DNA of 64,000 nt from an uncultured Candidatus Saccharibacteria bacterium (GTDB taxonomy: Bacteria > Patescibacteriota > WWE3 > UBA101185 > UBA10185). The notes under the pieces are model-generated. The model saw only the letters and a program-made list of their open reading frames with translations, was not told the DNA's origin and did no database searches. Made by a program: the position numbers and the translations under genes. Where the stretch lies: the NCBI GenBank assembly GCA_964385105.1, contig CAYLMU010000001.1:2252-66251 (forward strand), given 5' to 3'. Numbering within the stretch: position 1 is the first letter of the stretch; each line of letters begins with the position of its first letter. Of the stretch, positions 10,328 to 20,210 are shown piece by piece.

Positions 10328-11302
10328 ATGGCATCCTTTATTCCCGAATATACTATTACAAGCCATATACTAAAAAATATTAGCGGAATTGAATATTCTA
10401 AAGCAATTGTTGAAACAACAGCTATCTTACCTAACTGGCAGAATCAGCTCATTATCGAGGCCAAAGCAAGAACCATCGCATTTTCTCTGCAACGATTTGG
10501 ATTAAATATACATGTAGACAACGTAAAAAAACGATTAAATAGAATGCCGGCACAATTGCCTAAAGAAGTAGACAAATATATTGAAGCTTTGGCAAAAGTT
10601 GAAGAATTTGCAAAAATACGTGATTTTGAAGAAGATGAGGTTAAAGTGATTGAAGAAATATTCACGGGCAAAAAGAGTTACCGCACATCTTATATTGCAG
10701 GCACAGTTCATCCGGAAGAAATATTGGCAGAAATGACAAAACTTCTTGACTGGAACAACAGCCTGGATGCACGAGAAACACATCCGGTAATCACTTCAGC
10801 CTTGCTAAAAGCCCAACTTGAATATATTAATCCTTTTGATAAAACAACATCGTTAATATCAGACATTATTACTATACTAAGCTTAAAAACGGGCAATTAT
10901 CACATTTTAAGTTACTATTCACTTGAGGAATACTACTTTCACACACAACGTGATTACCAAAACATATTAAAAGATGCGTTTGAAAATGATGATTTTACAA
11001 GGTGGCTTGAATACTTTACCGAAGGGTTTAATCGTGAAATAACAAACATAGCCGAAAACGTAAAAATAATGGCAAGAGACACCAAACTTGTTAAAGCAGC
11101 ACCAAACATGCGTTTAACCGAAAGACAACAAAGGGTTGTTACGTATCTGCAAGATTATGGCATGTTGCAAAATAAAGACTTTTCAGCAATTTTCCCTGAT
11201 ATTTCTGAAGATACGGTACTGAGGGAGCTTAAAGCTTTAATGAAAAAGGGTGTGGTGGTAAAGCGCGGAAGTACAAAGTCTTCAAGGTATGAATTGGCGT
11301 AG
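10328..11302 (+). CDS. Fic-fold protein with degenerate catalytic motif and C-terminal DeoR-like HTH
   Basis: HPVITSALLKAQLEYINPF (Fic HPF position altered), WLEYF, SEDTVLREL HTH; ATG 10328 just after recF stop. Confidence 0.8.
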   Translation: MASFIPEYTITSHILKNISGIEYSKAIVETTAILPNWQNQLIIEAKARTIAFSLQRFGLNIHVDNVKKRLNRMPAQLPKEVDKYIEALAKVEEFAKIRDFEEDEVKVIEEIFTGKKSYRTSYIAGTVHPEEILAEMTKLLDWNNSLDARETHPVITSALLKAQLEYINPFDKTTSLISDIITILSLKTGNYHILSYYSLEEYYFHTQRDYQNILKDAFENDDFTRWLEYFTEGFNREITNIAENVKIMARDTKLVKAAPNMRLTERQQRVVTYLQDYGMLQNKDFSAIFPDISEDTVLRELKALMKKGVVVKRGSTKSSRYELA

Positions 11303-11419
11303 TTTTTGAGATTATTAATATAGATGCCTTTCTAAAAAAATTTAAAAAAGGCATCTTTAAAGATTAATCATAAAATTTGTATCATTATAAAGTATTGTTA
11401 CCTGAATCCCTCCATTTTT

Positions 11420-11638
11420 TTAACTCCTTAACAACAAATATGATTCATACACTATAGAAGCCAGTGAAAAAAAGCCCCCATAAACAATAATGTATCCCCA
11501 TGCGTTTCTCCACCATCCGGTAAGTGCTTGGTGTTCATATGCATTTGTATATACAAAAAGCAAAGAAACTACCGTAATCAACAAAACCCCAATAAAAGAG
11601 TGTTTTACAACCCTCAAGAAATGATACCTAAACCGCAT
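11420..11638 (-). CDS. small 2-TM hypothetical protein
   Basis: SD AAGGAG 6 nt before ATG 11638; two hydrophobic segments. Confidence 0.6.
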   Translation of the reverse strand: MRFRYHFLRVVKHSFIGVLLITVVSLLFVYTNAYEHQALTGWWRNAWGYIIVYGGFFSLASIVYESYLLLRS

Positions 11639-11756
11639 CTCACACTCCTTAGCCATAGCCTCAACAAATTTATAACGATTATACTCGACATTGTAGCAAT
11701 CATCAAAACATAAGGCTTATATAGGTTAATTGGCGCATGGTTGATATACTGAAACA

Positions 11757-13550
11757 ATGAAATTTGCTGATTTTGCACAATACCTGCAAAAACTTGAGGA
11801 TACCTCAAAGAGACTTGAAATTACAGAAATTCTCCTTGAGCTGCTTTACAACTTAAAACCCAATGAAATCCGGGAAGGTATTTATATGTCACTTGGTTAC
11901 TTGAAAGCTCCGTTTGAGGCTGAAAAGTTTAATATGGCAGATAAAATGGTTATTCGTTCAATTTCGGCGGCATATAACAAACCGGTAGACGAAGTTAACA
12001 CATTGTATGGAAAAACGGGAGATTTAGGTGAGGTGTGTATAAGTTTATGTCCCGATAATACAACGGAAAGCACAGTTTTAGAAGTTCACAGTAAATTAAC
12101 CGAAATTGCCAAGCTTGAAGGCGCGGGCTCACAAGATTTAAAAGTAAGCACTTTGTCAGAACTTCTGCAAAGTGTTGATGCTTTATCGGCGAAATATATT
12201 GTACGAATTGTTCTGGGTACGACACGTTTAGGTTTTACCGAGCTTACAGTATTAGACGCCCTCTCATGGATGCTTGCTCCGGATAGAGCAGATAAAAAAA
12301 CCATAAAAGAAATAAAGGCAAAACTTGAATATAAATACAACGTTCATCCGGATATTGGTTTAATAGCAAAAAATGTAAAACAACATGGAATTGAAGGCGT
12401 AGAAAAAATAGCAATAGAGGTCGGAGTTCCGATTTTGCCTCAAAAAGCTCAGCGATTATCCTCATTACAAGAAGTTATAGAAAAAATGGGCACTGTTTTT
12501 GCAGAATACAAATTTGACGGCACAAGGGTTCAGCTGCATTTAGACAAAAATAGAACAATAGAAACAAGCGAAATAGAACAAAAAAACCTTTTTGACGTAC
12601 AAACTAAACGCACATTTATTAAAACATTTACAAGAAATCTGGAAGAAACAACTTACCAGTACCCCGACATTGTAGAGGCTGCACTTAAACAAATAGATGC
12701 ACAAAATGTTATTTTAGACGGTGAAGCAATAGGATATGACCCTGAAACAGGTGAGTTTTTGCCATTTCAGGTTATGATGCAAAGAAAAAGAAAACATGGT
12801 GTAAAAGAAATGACACTCGAAATTCCTTTAAAATACTTTGTTTTTGATATTTTGTACTTAAATGGTGAACCTTTAACAACTTTACCTCTAACACAACGTA
12901 AAGCTATGCTCAAAAAAATAATTAAATCCGGAGATGTGATTGCTATGGATGATTATGTTGAAGTAGGCACTATAGAAGAACTAGAGAATTATTTTGAACA
13001 TGCCCGTGAAAAAGGCCTTGAAGGCCTAATTGTAAAAAATCCGAACGCGGAGTATAAAGCGGGGGCAAGGTCATTTACCTGGGTAAAGCTTAAAGTGGCT
13101 GATGCTGACTTGTTGGACGATACGGTTGAAACTGTTGTTTTAGGATATTATTTTGGACGCGGAGAACGTGCAAAGTTTGGAATTGGAGGCTTTTTGGCAG
13201 GTGTTTATGATAAAGAAGAAGGAGTATTTAAAAGTATCACAAGAGTGGGTACAGGTTTAAGCGATCAAGACTGGGTTTATTTAAAAACTCAAGCAGATAA
13301 AACGACAGTAAAAGAAAAACCTAAAAATGTTGAGCTGGGTAACGCAAACACACCAGATGTTTGGACAGCTCCCGAAATAGTGGTTGAGCTTGGAGCTGAT
13401 CAAATTACAAAATCAACAGTCCATACAACCGGATATGCTTTAAGGTTTCCACGATTAATAAAATTTAGAGATGACAAAAAGCCCGAAGATATAACTTCGC
13501 TTGAAGAAATAAAAGACTTGTACAAAATGCAAAAAAGAGGCTATTATTAA
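11757..13550 (+). CDS. lig: ATP-dependent DNA ligase (archaeal/eukaryotic-type with N-terminal DNA-binding domain)
   Basis: motif I EYKFDG, ILDGE, FDILY, EGLIVK, WVKLK, LRFPR. Confidence 0.96.
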   Translation: MKFADFAQYLQKLEDTSKRLEITEILLELLYNLKPNEIREGIYMSLGYLKAPFEAEKFNMADKMVIRSISAAYNKPVDEVNTLYGKTGDLGEVCISLCPDNTTESTVLEVHSKLTEIAKLEGAGSQDLKVSTLSELLQSVDALSAKYIVRIVLGTTRLGFTELTVLDALSWMLAPDRADKKTIKEIKAKLEYKYNVHPDIGLIAKNVKQHGIEGVEKIAIEVGVPILPQKAQRLSSLQEVIEKMGTVFAEYKFDGTRVQLHLDKNRTIETSEIEQKNLFDVQTKRTFIKTFTRNLEETTYQYPDIVEAALKQIDAQNVILDGEAIGYDPETGEFLPFQVMMQRKRKHGVKEMTLEIPLKYFVFDILYLNGEPLTTLPLTQRKAMLKKIIKSGDVIAMDDYVEVGTIEELENYFEHAREKGLEGLIVKNPNAEYKAGARSFTWVKLKVADADLLDDTVETVVLGYYFGRGERAKFGIGGFLAGVYDKEEGVFKSITRVGTGLSDQDWVYLKTQADKTTVKEKPKNVELGNANTPDVWTAPEIVVELGADQITKSTVHTTGYALRFPRLIKFRDDKKPEDITSLEEIKDLYKMQKRGYY

Positions 13551-13553
13551 TAC

Positions 13554-13934
13554 ATGAGTGCGGCTGAAGAAAATACCCAACAAACACAAAAACCATACAA
13601 TTTAGAACCAAATGCAGAAGCTGCACTTGCTTATCTGCTTGGTGCTCTCACAGGAATTCCTGTACTTCTTGTTGAAAAAGAAAATCAATTTGTGAGGTTT
13701 CACGCTATGCAGTCAGTAATATTTACACTCTCATTGGTAGTTCTAAGTGTAGTTAATGGTGTTATGCTAAGTATTCCGATTTTAAATATTTTATGGGGAA
13801 TCGGAATGGCATTTATTTATTTGGGAGTGGTTATAGTTTGGATTATGTTAATGTGGAAAGCTTACAACCACGAAGAGTGGGAATTACCTTATATCGGCAA
13901 AATTGCCAGAGATCAGCTGAAGAATTTTAAATAA
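13554..13934 (+). CDS. DUF4870-like membrane protein
   Basis: AALAYL...FVRFHAMQS...LPYIG pattern. Confidence 0.8.
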   Translation: MSAAEENTQQTQKPYNLEPNAEAALAYLLGALTGIPVLLVEKENQFVRFHAMQSVIFTLSLVVLSVVNGVMLSIPILNILWGIGMAFIYLGVVIVWIMLMWKAYNHEEWELPYIGKIARDQLKNFK

Positions 13935-13978
13935 AAAAACGGCAAGTGAGTGCGCGGGGCATTCAATTACCGTTTTTG
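13935..13978. terminator. hairpin terminator between convergent genes
   Basis: AAAAACGG...CCGTTTTT imperfect inverted repeat. Confidence 0.6.
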
Positions 13979-13985
13979 GAAAACA

Positions 13986-14231
13986 TTACCAGGTGGCTGT
14001 GTTGATGGGACCTCCCATCGTCACAATCCATCCGGCACCGACGCAAACCACCAGAACGATGATAATTGTCACTGCCAAGATTAAAATGTTACGATTTTCC
14101 GGTTCCATGGACAGCAGTGCCCATGCAACAAACACCGCAACTACCACAGCGGCGACTGCCCCAAAAAGGGGAAACCCGCTCAGAACACTTTCCGTTGCAG
14201 CATAAGCGGCATTCGCGAGTAAAACCATCAT
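13986..14231 (-). CDS. small hydrophobic hypothetical protein
   Basis: SD AAGGAGG; 2 TM segments; GC-richer than flanks. Confidence 0.6.
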   Translation of the reverse strand: MMVLLANAAYAATESVLSGFPLFGAVAAVVVAVFVAWALLSMEPENRNILILAVTIIIVLVVCVGAGWIVTMGGPINTATW

Positions 14232-14336
14232 TTTAAAAACCCTCCTTTTAAGTCGATTTCATTGAATTGTTTTTAACCTATAGCATATATTATACTCTCG
14301 CATTCGATATTTGGCAAATTGGTATACTACCTACAT

Positions 14337-14636
14337 ATGCAAAATATAAAAGACATTTTAGACAAAAAAGACTTAAAAGGTGACCATAGAAATAAATATG
14401 AATATCAGGCATATGGAAACCGTCTTGCTGATGAACTTGGCGACCCAAAGCACCGCTCACTTTATATAAAACTGGCAAAAACCGAAGATAGAAATTTGCT
14501 TGAAGCTGCACGTGAACATGTAATGTCTTCTGAAACTGCAACAACCAGAGGAAAACTGTTTATGTGGAAATTAAGCGAACTCAAAAAAAACAAAAATAAT
14601 CCCGACAATACAAACACCAAAGACCTTGTAAAATAG
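14337..14636 (+). CDS. hypothetical helical protein
   Basis: ORF preceded by TG-G-TATACT; motif YQAYGNRLADEL...SLYIKLAK. Confidence 0.7.
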   Translation: MQNIKDILDKKDLKGDHRNKYEYQAYGNRLADELGDPKHRSLYIKLAKTEDRNLLEAAREHVMSSETATTRGKLFMWKLSELKKNKNNPDNTNTKDLVK

Positions 14637-14662
14637 ACAAAAAATCTCTAAACTTGAATATA

Positions 14663-15208
14663 ATGTTAAGAAAAATGTTGGGTATGTACAAAATCTCGTT
14701 ATTGTTATCGCTTACCGTTTTTATCCTTATTTTGGCTCTACGAGTTGAACGTGACCCTTTAAATATAATAATGGCTTTTGTAGGTTCACTGGTTGGTGCT
14801 GTATTGCTTGATCTTGATTACTTTTTACACGCTTATTTTTTAGAACCCGAAAAAGACTTTTCCAAAACGCTAAACGGGTTTGTTAAGCACCGAAATATTG
14901 GCGGCGCTTTGTCTTATATTCATTATCACAAAGACGAAATTAAAGATAAAACTTTAAATAGTATGCTTTTTCAGGTTATTCTGGGAGGTTTGGTTTTGTT
15001 TGTTGTTCCTTCAAATTCAACTGTTTTAATGAAAGCAGTAGTATTATCAACATTTGTGAATTCAATTTATAGAATGATTGAAGTCTATTTTGAAGGAGAC
15101 ATAAACGAATGGTTTTGGGCGCTTAAAACACCACCAAGTCGAAACGGGTTTTATATCTATACGGCTGTACTGGCAGCCATGCTGCTACTTGGACTATACT
15201 TTTTATAA
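14663..15208 (+). CDS. membrane protein, possible metal-dependent hydrolase (YdjM-like)
   Basis: multiple TM; GAVLLDLDYFLH; overlaps lgt start. Confidence 0.65.
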   Translation: MLRKMLGMYKISLLLSLTVFILILALRVERDPLNIIMAFVGSLVGAVLLDLDYFLHAYFLEPEKDFSKTLNGFVKHRNIGGALSYIHYHKDEIKDKTLNSMLFQVILGGLVLFVVPSNSTVLMKAVVLSTFVNSIYRMIEVYFEGDINEWFWALKTPPSRNGFYIYTAVLAAMLLLGLYFL

Positions 15209-15753
15209 TGTATGGCTTTTTTATATCCCTTGGAATTTTAATTTCAGCATTATTAGCAGAAAAACTTGCCATAAAACATAATAAGAACACAAATATTTTA
15301 TGGACAGGCTTATTTATTGCAATTGTAGCCGGAATTATTGGTGCGAGAATTTACCATGTTCTTGATTATTTTGATTATTACTCAAGTGCCCCGTTACAAA
15401 TTTTTGCTTTAAATCAGGGAGGGCTTGGTATTCCGGGTGGGATTATTTTTGGCGGAATATCTTTGGTAATTTATTTAAAACTTAAAAACCAGCCTATTGC
15501 CTATTGGACAGACTTGGCAGCCACGGTTTTACCGCTTGGCCAGTCTATAGGGCGCTGGGGAAATTATTTTAATAATGAACTTATGCCTTATGCTATTTAC
15601 GAATCTATTCTGGACTTTTTGTTGTTTATAGCATTGTTTTTTATAAGCAAAAAATCAACAAAACCGGGGCTTATTACACTTTTATACATTTTAGGATATA
15701 TTTTAGTTAGGTTATTGCTTATGAGGCATAGAACCGACTTTTGGCTAATATAA
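15208..15753 (+). CDS. lgt: prolipoprotein diacylglyceryl transferase (short form)
   Basis: IGARIYHV, GGLGIPGG, GQSIGRWGNYFNNE, YES. Confidence 0.9.
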   Translation: MYGFFISLGILISALLAEKLAIKHNKNTNILWTGLFIAIVAGIIGARIYHVLDYFDYYSSAPLQIFALNQGGLGIPGGIIFGGISLVIYLKLKNQPIAYWTDLAATVLPLGQSIGRWGNYFNNELMPYAIYESILDFLLFIALFFISKKSTKPGLITLLYILGYILVRLLLMRHRTDFWLI

Positions 15754-15775
15754 AAAACATCTATATAATTAAATT

Positions 15776-16219
15776 ATGATTTATTTATGTTCAGATCATG
15801 GAGGATATGACCTTAAAAACCTGTTACTAGAGTATTTAGAATCTCAAGGGCTTGAAGTAAAAAACATGGGACCTTTTGAATACCAAAACGATGATGATTA
15901 TCCTGATTATGTAAACCCGACAATGGTTGAGATGCAAAAAAATCTTGGCTCAAGTAAAGCAATTGTTATTTGCAGAAATGGTGTGGGGGTATGTGTAGCT
16001 GCAAATAAGTATAAAGGTATTAGATGCGCTTTATCGTGGATGCCGCAACACGCCGCATCAAGCAGAATTGACGATGATTCAAATGTTTTGGCTTTACCTG
16101 CCGATTATGTTTCTGATGAAGATGCAAAAATAATTGTTGACACATGGCTTCAAACCGAATTCAGCAATGAACCACGACATATTCGACGCCTTGAAAAAGT
16201 TTCACAAATTTTGAATTAA
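15776..16219 (+). CDS. rpiB: ribose-5-phosphate isomerase B
   Basis: SDHGG, DDYPD, ICRNGVG, ANKYKGIR, RHIRR. Confidence 0.93.
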   Translation: MIYLCSDHGGYDLKNLLLEYLESQGLEVKNMGPFEYQNDDDYPDYVNPTMVEMQKNLGSSKAIVICRNGVGVCVAANKYKGIRCALSWMPQHAASSRIDDDSNVLALPADYVSDEDAKIIVDTWLQTEFSNEPRHIRRLEKVSQILN

Positions 16220-16221
16220 AC

Positions 16222-16848
16222 ATGGTAATAATTCCAAGCATACTTGAGTCCACATTTGAAGAAGTACAAAAAAAAGTGCATTTAATGAAAGACGTGGCGG
16301 ATTTGATTCAAATTGACATTGTTGATGGAAAATATGTGCCGGGAAACACTTTTTTGGATGTAGAAAAACTTAATGAATTAAACGGGGTTAATTTTGAACT
16401 CGACCTATGGGTGGAAAATCCTGTTGAGTATGTAAAAAAAGAGTTATATACCGTTAACCGGGTATGTACACATGTAGAACGATTTGATGCCATTAACGAC
16501 TTTATTGCTATAGCCAAAGAAAAAAACTGGAAAGTAGGATTATCTGTTGGACCTGATACAGAAACCTCAAAATTGACTCCTTACTTAAATAAAATTGATT
16601 ATGTGCAATTTGTAACCGTACATCCCGGTGCACAAGGAAATCCTTTTGTACCAGAAGTTCTTGAGAAAATCTGGGATTTTAAATTAAACAACCCTACCAT
16701 GGTGTGTCAGGCAGATGGTAGTATTAACATGGAAACAATCGAAAGCGTGGCTGAGGCAGGAGTGTCGCGTTTTGCAGTGGGTTCGGCACTTTTTAGAGCT
16801 GAAGACCCGGTTGCAGAATTTTTAAAGTTACAGAAAGTTGAACTATAA
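16222..16848 (+). CDS. rpe: ribulose-phosphate 3-epimerase
   Basis: IIPSIL, IDIVDG, TVHPGAQG, ADGSIN, VGSALF. Confidence 0.88.
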   Translation: MVIIPSILESTFEEVQKKVHLMKDVADLIQIDIVDGKYVPGNTFLDVEKLNELNGVNFELDLWVENPVEYVKKELYTVNRVCTHVERFDAINDFIAIAKEKNWKVGLSVGPDTETSKLTPYLNKIDYVQFVTVHPGAQGNPFVPEVLEKIWDFKLNNPTMVCQADGSINMETIESVAEAGVSRFAVGSALFRAEDPVAEFLKLQKVEL

Positions 16849-17451
16849 ATGACAAATAACATAACTTCTATTGCACATGACGGGGGCTTAGAAAAAAGAA
16901 AAATAATTAAAGTTGCATTTTTAGGCGGAGCAGCGTGGCAACCCGAAGAACAAACGTTTAAAGAAGCCTTTGATACTGCAAAAATTCTTGCTGAAAACGG
17001 TTATGAGATTGTGAACGGGGGCGGACCCGGAGTAATGCGGGCTTCAACCATGGGTGCACAAGCCGGAGGAGGAAAAACTCTAGCCATAACATATCATCCA
17101 AATAAAGTGAAACCCCATTATGAAGGTTGTGATCCTTTAAATATGGCTGACGAAGAGGTTTATACTTTGGATTATTTTGATAGAACAAAAGTCATGCTTC
17201 AAAATTCGGATATTCACATTGTATTTAAGGGAAGTATCGGAACATTGAGCGAACTTGGCATGACTTGGATTAGCTCCTGGATACATGAACCAAACAACAA
17301 ACCTATAATTTTATACGGTGATTTTTGGAAAGAAATATTAGCAGTACTTATTAAACATATGTATTTAAAACATAACGAAGAGACATTGCTAAAAATCTGC
17401 AGTACTCCCGAAGAAGTTTTAAATTATATTAAAGGATTAGATTCGGATTAG
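16849..17451 (+). CDS. LOG family nucleotide phosphoribohydrolase
   Basis: GGGPGVM, GSIGTLSEL, KPIILYG. Confidence 0.88.
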   Translation: MTNNITSIAHDGGLEKRKIIKVAFLGGAAWQPEEQTFKEAFDTAKILAENGYEIVNGGGPGVMRASTMGAQAGGGKTLAITYHPNKVKPHYEGCDPLNMADEEVYTLDYFDRTKVMLQNSDIHIVFKGSIGTLSELGMTWISSWIHEPNNKPIILYGDFWKEILAVLIKHMYLKHNEETLLKICSTPEEVLNYIKGLDSD

Positions 17452-17496
17452 ACTTTTTTGTTGAAATCCTCACATTAAATAACTATACTAGAGTTA

Positions 17497-18372
17497 ATGC
17501 CCACTAAACTTTTGTTCTGCAAAACAGACGAAATAACCGACTTACAAAAAATTTCATTAAAATTAAGAGAAGAAGTAATCACAATGCTTGTTGATGCAGG
17601 CTCAGGACATAGTGCAGGTCCTTTGGGAATGGCTGATATCTTTGCAACATTATATTTTAATATACTAAACATTGACCCTGAAAATCCTGATGATAAAGAA
17701 CGTGATAGAGTGGTACTTTCTAACGGTCACATTTGCCCGATATGGTATGCAACTTTAGCTTATAGAGGTTATTTTGCCAAAAAAGAATTAAGAAAACTCA
17801 GAAAAATTAATTCCATGCTACAAGGGCATCCTCATAACCTTTCTACGCCAGGGGTAGAAAATACAGGAGGGCCATTAGGACAAGGCCTTTCTCAAGCAAT
17901 TGGCATGGCTCTGGCAGGAAAGCTAGACAAAATGAATTATAGAGTTTTTTGCTTAGGTAGCGATGGAGAATTAAACGAAGGGCAAACCTGGGAAGCGGCG
18001 ATGTTTGCCGGAAACAGACGCCTAAACAATTTAACATGGATTATTGACCGAAATAACATTCAAATTGACGGTCATACAGAAGATGTTATGCCCATTGAAC
18101 CGCTACGCGACAAATTAGAAGCATTTAACTGGCATGTGCTTGAAATTGACGGGCATAATATTGAAGAAATAATTAGCGCATGCAATATGGCCAAATCCAT
18201 ATTTGAACGGCCAACTGTTATAATTGCACATACCATTCCCGGAAAGGGAGTGAACTTTATGGAGTATAAATTTGAGTGGCACGGAAAGACTCCTAACCCC
18301 CAAGAAGCAAGAAAAGCTTTGCGTGAACTTAGGACTCTGGAAGGCAAAATAAAATGTTATGACATTGAATAA
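17497..18372 (+). CDS. transketolase, N-terminal subunit
   Basis: SGHSAG, LSNGH, LQGHP, GSDGELNEG...DRN TPP motif, TIPGKG. Confidence 0.95.
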   Translation: MPTKLLFCKTDEITDLQKISLKLREEVITMLVDAGSGHSAGPLGMADIFATLYFNILNIDPENPDDKERDRVVLSNGHICPIWYATLAYRGYFAKKELRKLRKINSMLQGHPHNLSTPGVENTGGPLGQGLSQAIGMALAGKLDKMNYRVFCLGSDGELNEGQTWEAAMFAGNRRLNNLTWIIDRNNIQIDGHTEDVMPIEPLRDKLEAFNWHVLEIDGHNIEEIISACNMAKSIFERPTVIIAHTIPGKGVNFMEYKFEWHGKTPNPQEARKALRELRTLEGKIKCYDIE

Positions 18373-18979
18373 AAATTCCCTAAATGACAATGAATTCGGA
18401 TATACACTACATATTAGTATATTACCTATTGTTGTTATTATCTTAATAATTTTGGGCGCAGGATTTTTCTTGATGCGCGGAGAGTTTGAATTACCGTCTT
18501 TTGGTACAGATGAAACTGAAGTGACACGAATAAACGGATACCCGACTATTGTATATACCGAAAATGCAGTTGAAAAACAAAGAACGGTAATAAAAAACTC
18601 GGCTGAACTTGAGCAATTTTTAACAACTGTTGACCCTGATCGTTTATTCACTCCACCAGTTGAAGGTGTTGATTTTGGACGCAATTATTTAATAGGTGTT
18701 TCAAATGACCTACAAGAAGAAAGCGGAACAACGCTCAAAGTAAAAAGAATTTATGAAGACAAAAAAGATAACACTCTTGTGATTAACATTGAAGAAGTAA
18801 AACCGGGCGAAAACTGCCCAGTGGATATGCAAAGTAATGTTGCAGTTGATATTGTCGCCTTAAACAAAACCGACAAGGAAATAGTTTTTGAACGTGTGAC
18901 TAAAAGAGAAGAGCCTTGTGAAGGCGAAGACATGGAAGCAGAAGATACAAGCGAAGAGAGTGAAGAAATAACAGAGTAA
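18359..18979 (+). CDS. membrane-anchored protein with PrcB C-terminal-like domain
   Basis: N-terminal TM; VDF...LIGV...LKVKRI...PGENC pattern; acidic tail. Confidence 0.6.
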   Translation: MTLNKNSLNDNEFGYTLHISILPIVVIILIILGAGFFLMRGEFELPSFGTDETEVTRINGYPTIVYTENAVEKQRTVIKNSAELEQFLTTVDPDRLFTPPVEGVDFGRNYLIGVSNDLQEESGTTLKVKRIYEDKKDNTLVINIEEVKPGENCPVDMQSNVAVDIVALNKTDKEIVFERVTKREEPCEGEDMEAEDTSEESEEITE

Positions 18980-18984
18980 GTTTC

Positions 18985-19953
18985 ATGAGCAGTAAATTAA
19001 AGAAACAATTAGAGCTTAAGTCAACACGTGAAGCTTTTGGTGAGGCGTTACTTGCAGCTGCAGAAAAAAACAAAGACATTGTAGTTCTTACTGCTGATTT
19101 GTCTAAATCGACTAATGTCAAAACTTTTGGAGAAAAGTTTCCAAACAGATTTTTTCAGGTGGGAGTAGCTGAACAAAATCTTGCCGGAATTTCTGCAGGA
19201 CTTGCACTAAGCGGTAAAATTCCATTTATGACCTCTTATGGGGTATTCAGCCCCGGAAGAAATTGGGATCAAATTAGAGTTTCTATATGCTACTCCATGG
19301 CAAATGTAAAAATCGCATCTACACATGCAGGCCTGGCTACCGGTACCGATGGAGCTACTCATCAGGCTTTAGAAGATGTGGCTATTACCCGTGTGCTGCC
19401 CAATATGACCGTTGTCTGCCCCGCAGATTACAACGAAACACTTCAAGCAGTTGATGCAATAACCAAATACAAAGGTCCTATTTATTTGCGCCTGTTTCGC
19501 CCTAAAACACAACAAATTATGCCAAACGACTATAAATTTAAACTGGGTAAAGCAGCTATTATTCAAAGTGGCACTGACGTCACTTTAGCAGGAACCGGCC
19601 CTATTTTAACCGAAATTTTAAAGGCAGAAAAAGAGTTAAAAAAAAGAGGGATAAGTTGTGAAATTATTAATGTTTCAACTATAAAGCCATTAGATTCAGA
19701 GTCAATAATCACTTCTGTTAAAAAAACACATAAAATAATATCGGTAGAAGACCATCAGGTGTACGGTGGATTGGGAAGCGCAATTGCTGAAGTTTTATCA
19801 CAAGAATACCAAAACCATCCTTTTAGGTTAAAGATTATGGGGGTTAACGATACATTCGGTGAATCGGGTAAAGATGAAGAACTTATAGAAAAATACGGTA
19901 TTAGCGCAAAACATATATATAAAAATACTATAGACATTTTAAAATCTAGGTGA
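18985..19953 (+). CDS. transketolase, C-terminal subunit
   Basis: ADLSKST, GVAEQN, DGATHQ, TIKPLD, VEDH, FGESG. Confidence 0.95.
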   Translation: MSSKLKKQLELKSTREAFGEALLAAAEKNKDIVVLTADLSKSTNVKTFGEKFPNRFFQVGVAEQNLAGISAGLALSGKIPFMTSYGVFSPGRNWDQIRVSICYSMANVKIASTHAGLATGTDGATHQALEDVAITRVLPNMTVVCPADYNETLQAVDAITKYKGPIYLRLFRPKTQQIMPNDYKFKLGKAAIIQSGTDVTLAGTGPILTEILKAEKELKKRGISCEIINVSTIKPLDSESIITSVKKTHKIISVEDHQVYGGLGSAIAEVLSQEYQNHPFRLKIMGVNDTFGESGKDEELIEKYGISAKHIYKNTIDILKSR

Positions 19954-19967
19954 CATAATTTTTTATA

Positions 19968-20195
19968 ATGAATCCGGAAGCAATTCAACAATTAGCAAAT
20001 TCAAGCATTTGGCCTGTTATTGAATTTGCATCGATTTTTGGCATAATAATTGTAACTTATATGGCTATGCATGCCATGTTTAGCCACTTAAAAGCCCCAA
20101 CAAAAATGTTAATGTCTATGTTTTTAGGCACGCTTGCCTACTCTATGGGAAAAATTTTTGTAATATCATTTCTCGTTAAACCTTTAATTTTTTAA
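19968..20195 (+). CDS. small 2-TM hypothetical protein
   Basis: fills operon gap; hydrophobic. Confidence 0.65.
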   Translation: MNPEAIQQLANSSIWPVIEFASIFGIIIVTYMAMHAMFSHLKAPTKMLMSMFLGTLAYSMGKIFVISFLVKPLIF

Positions 20196-20210
20196 TGTTA
20201 CAATTTAGTT

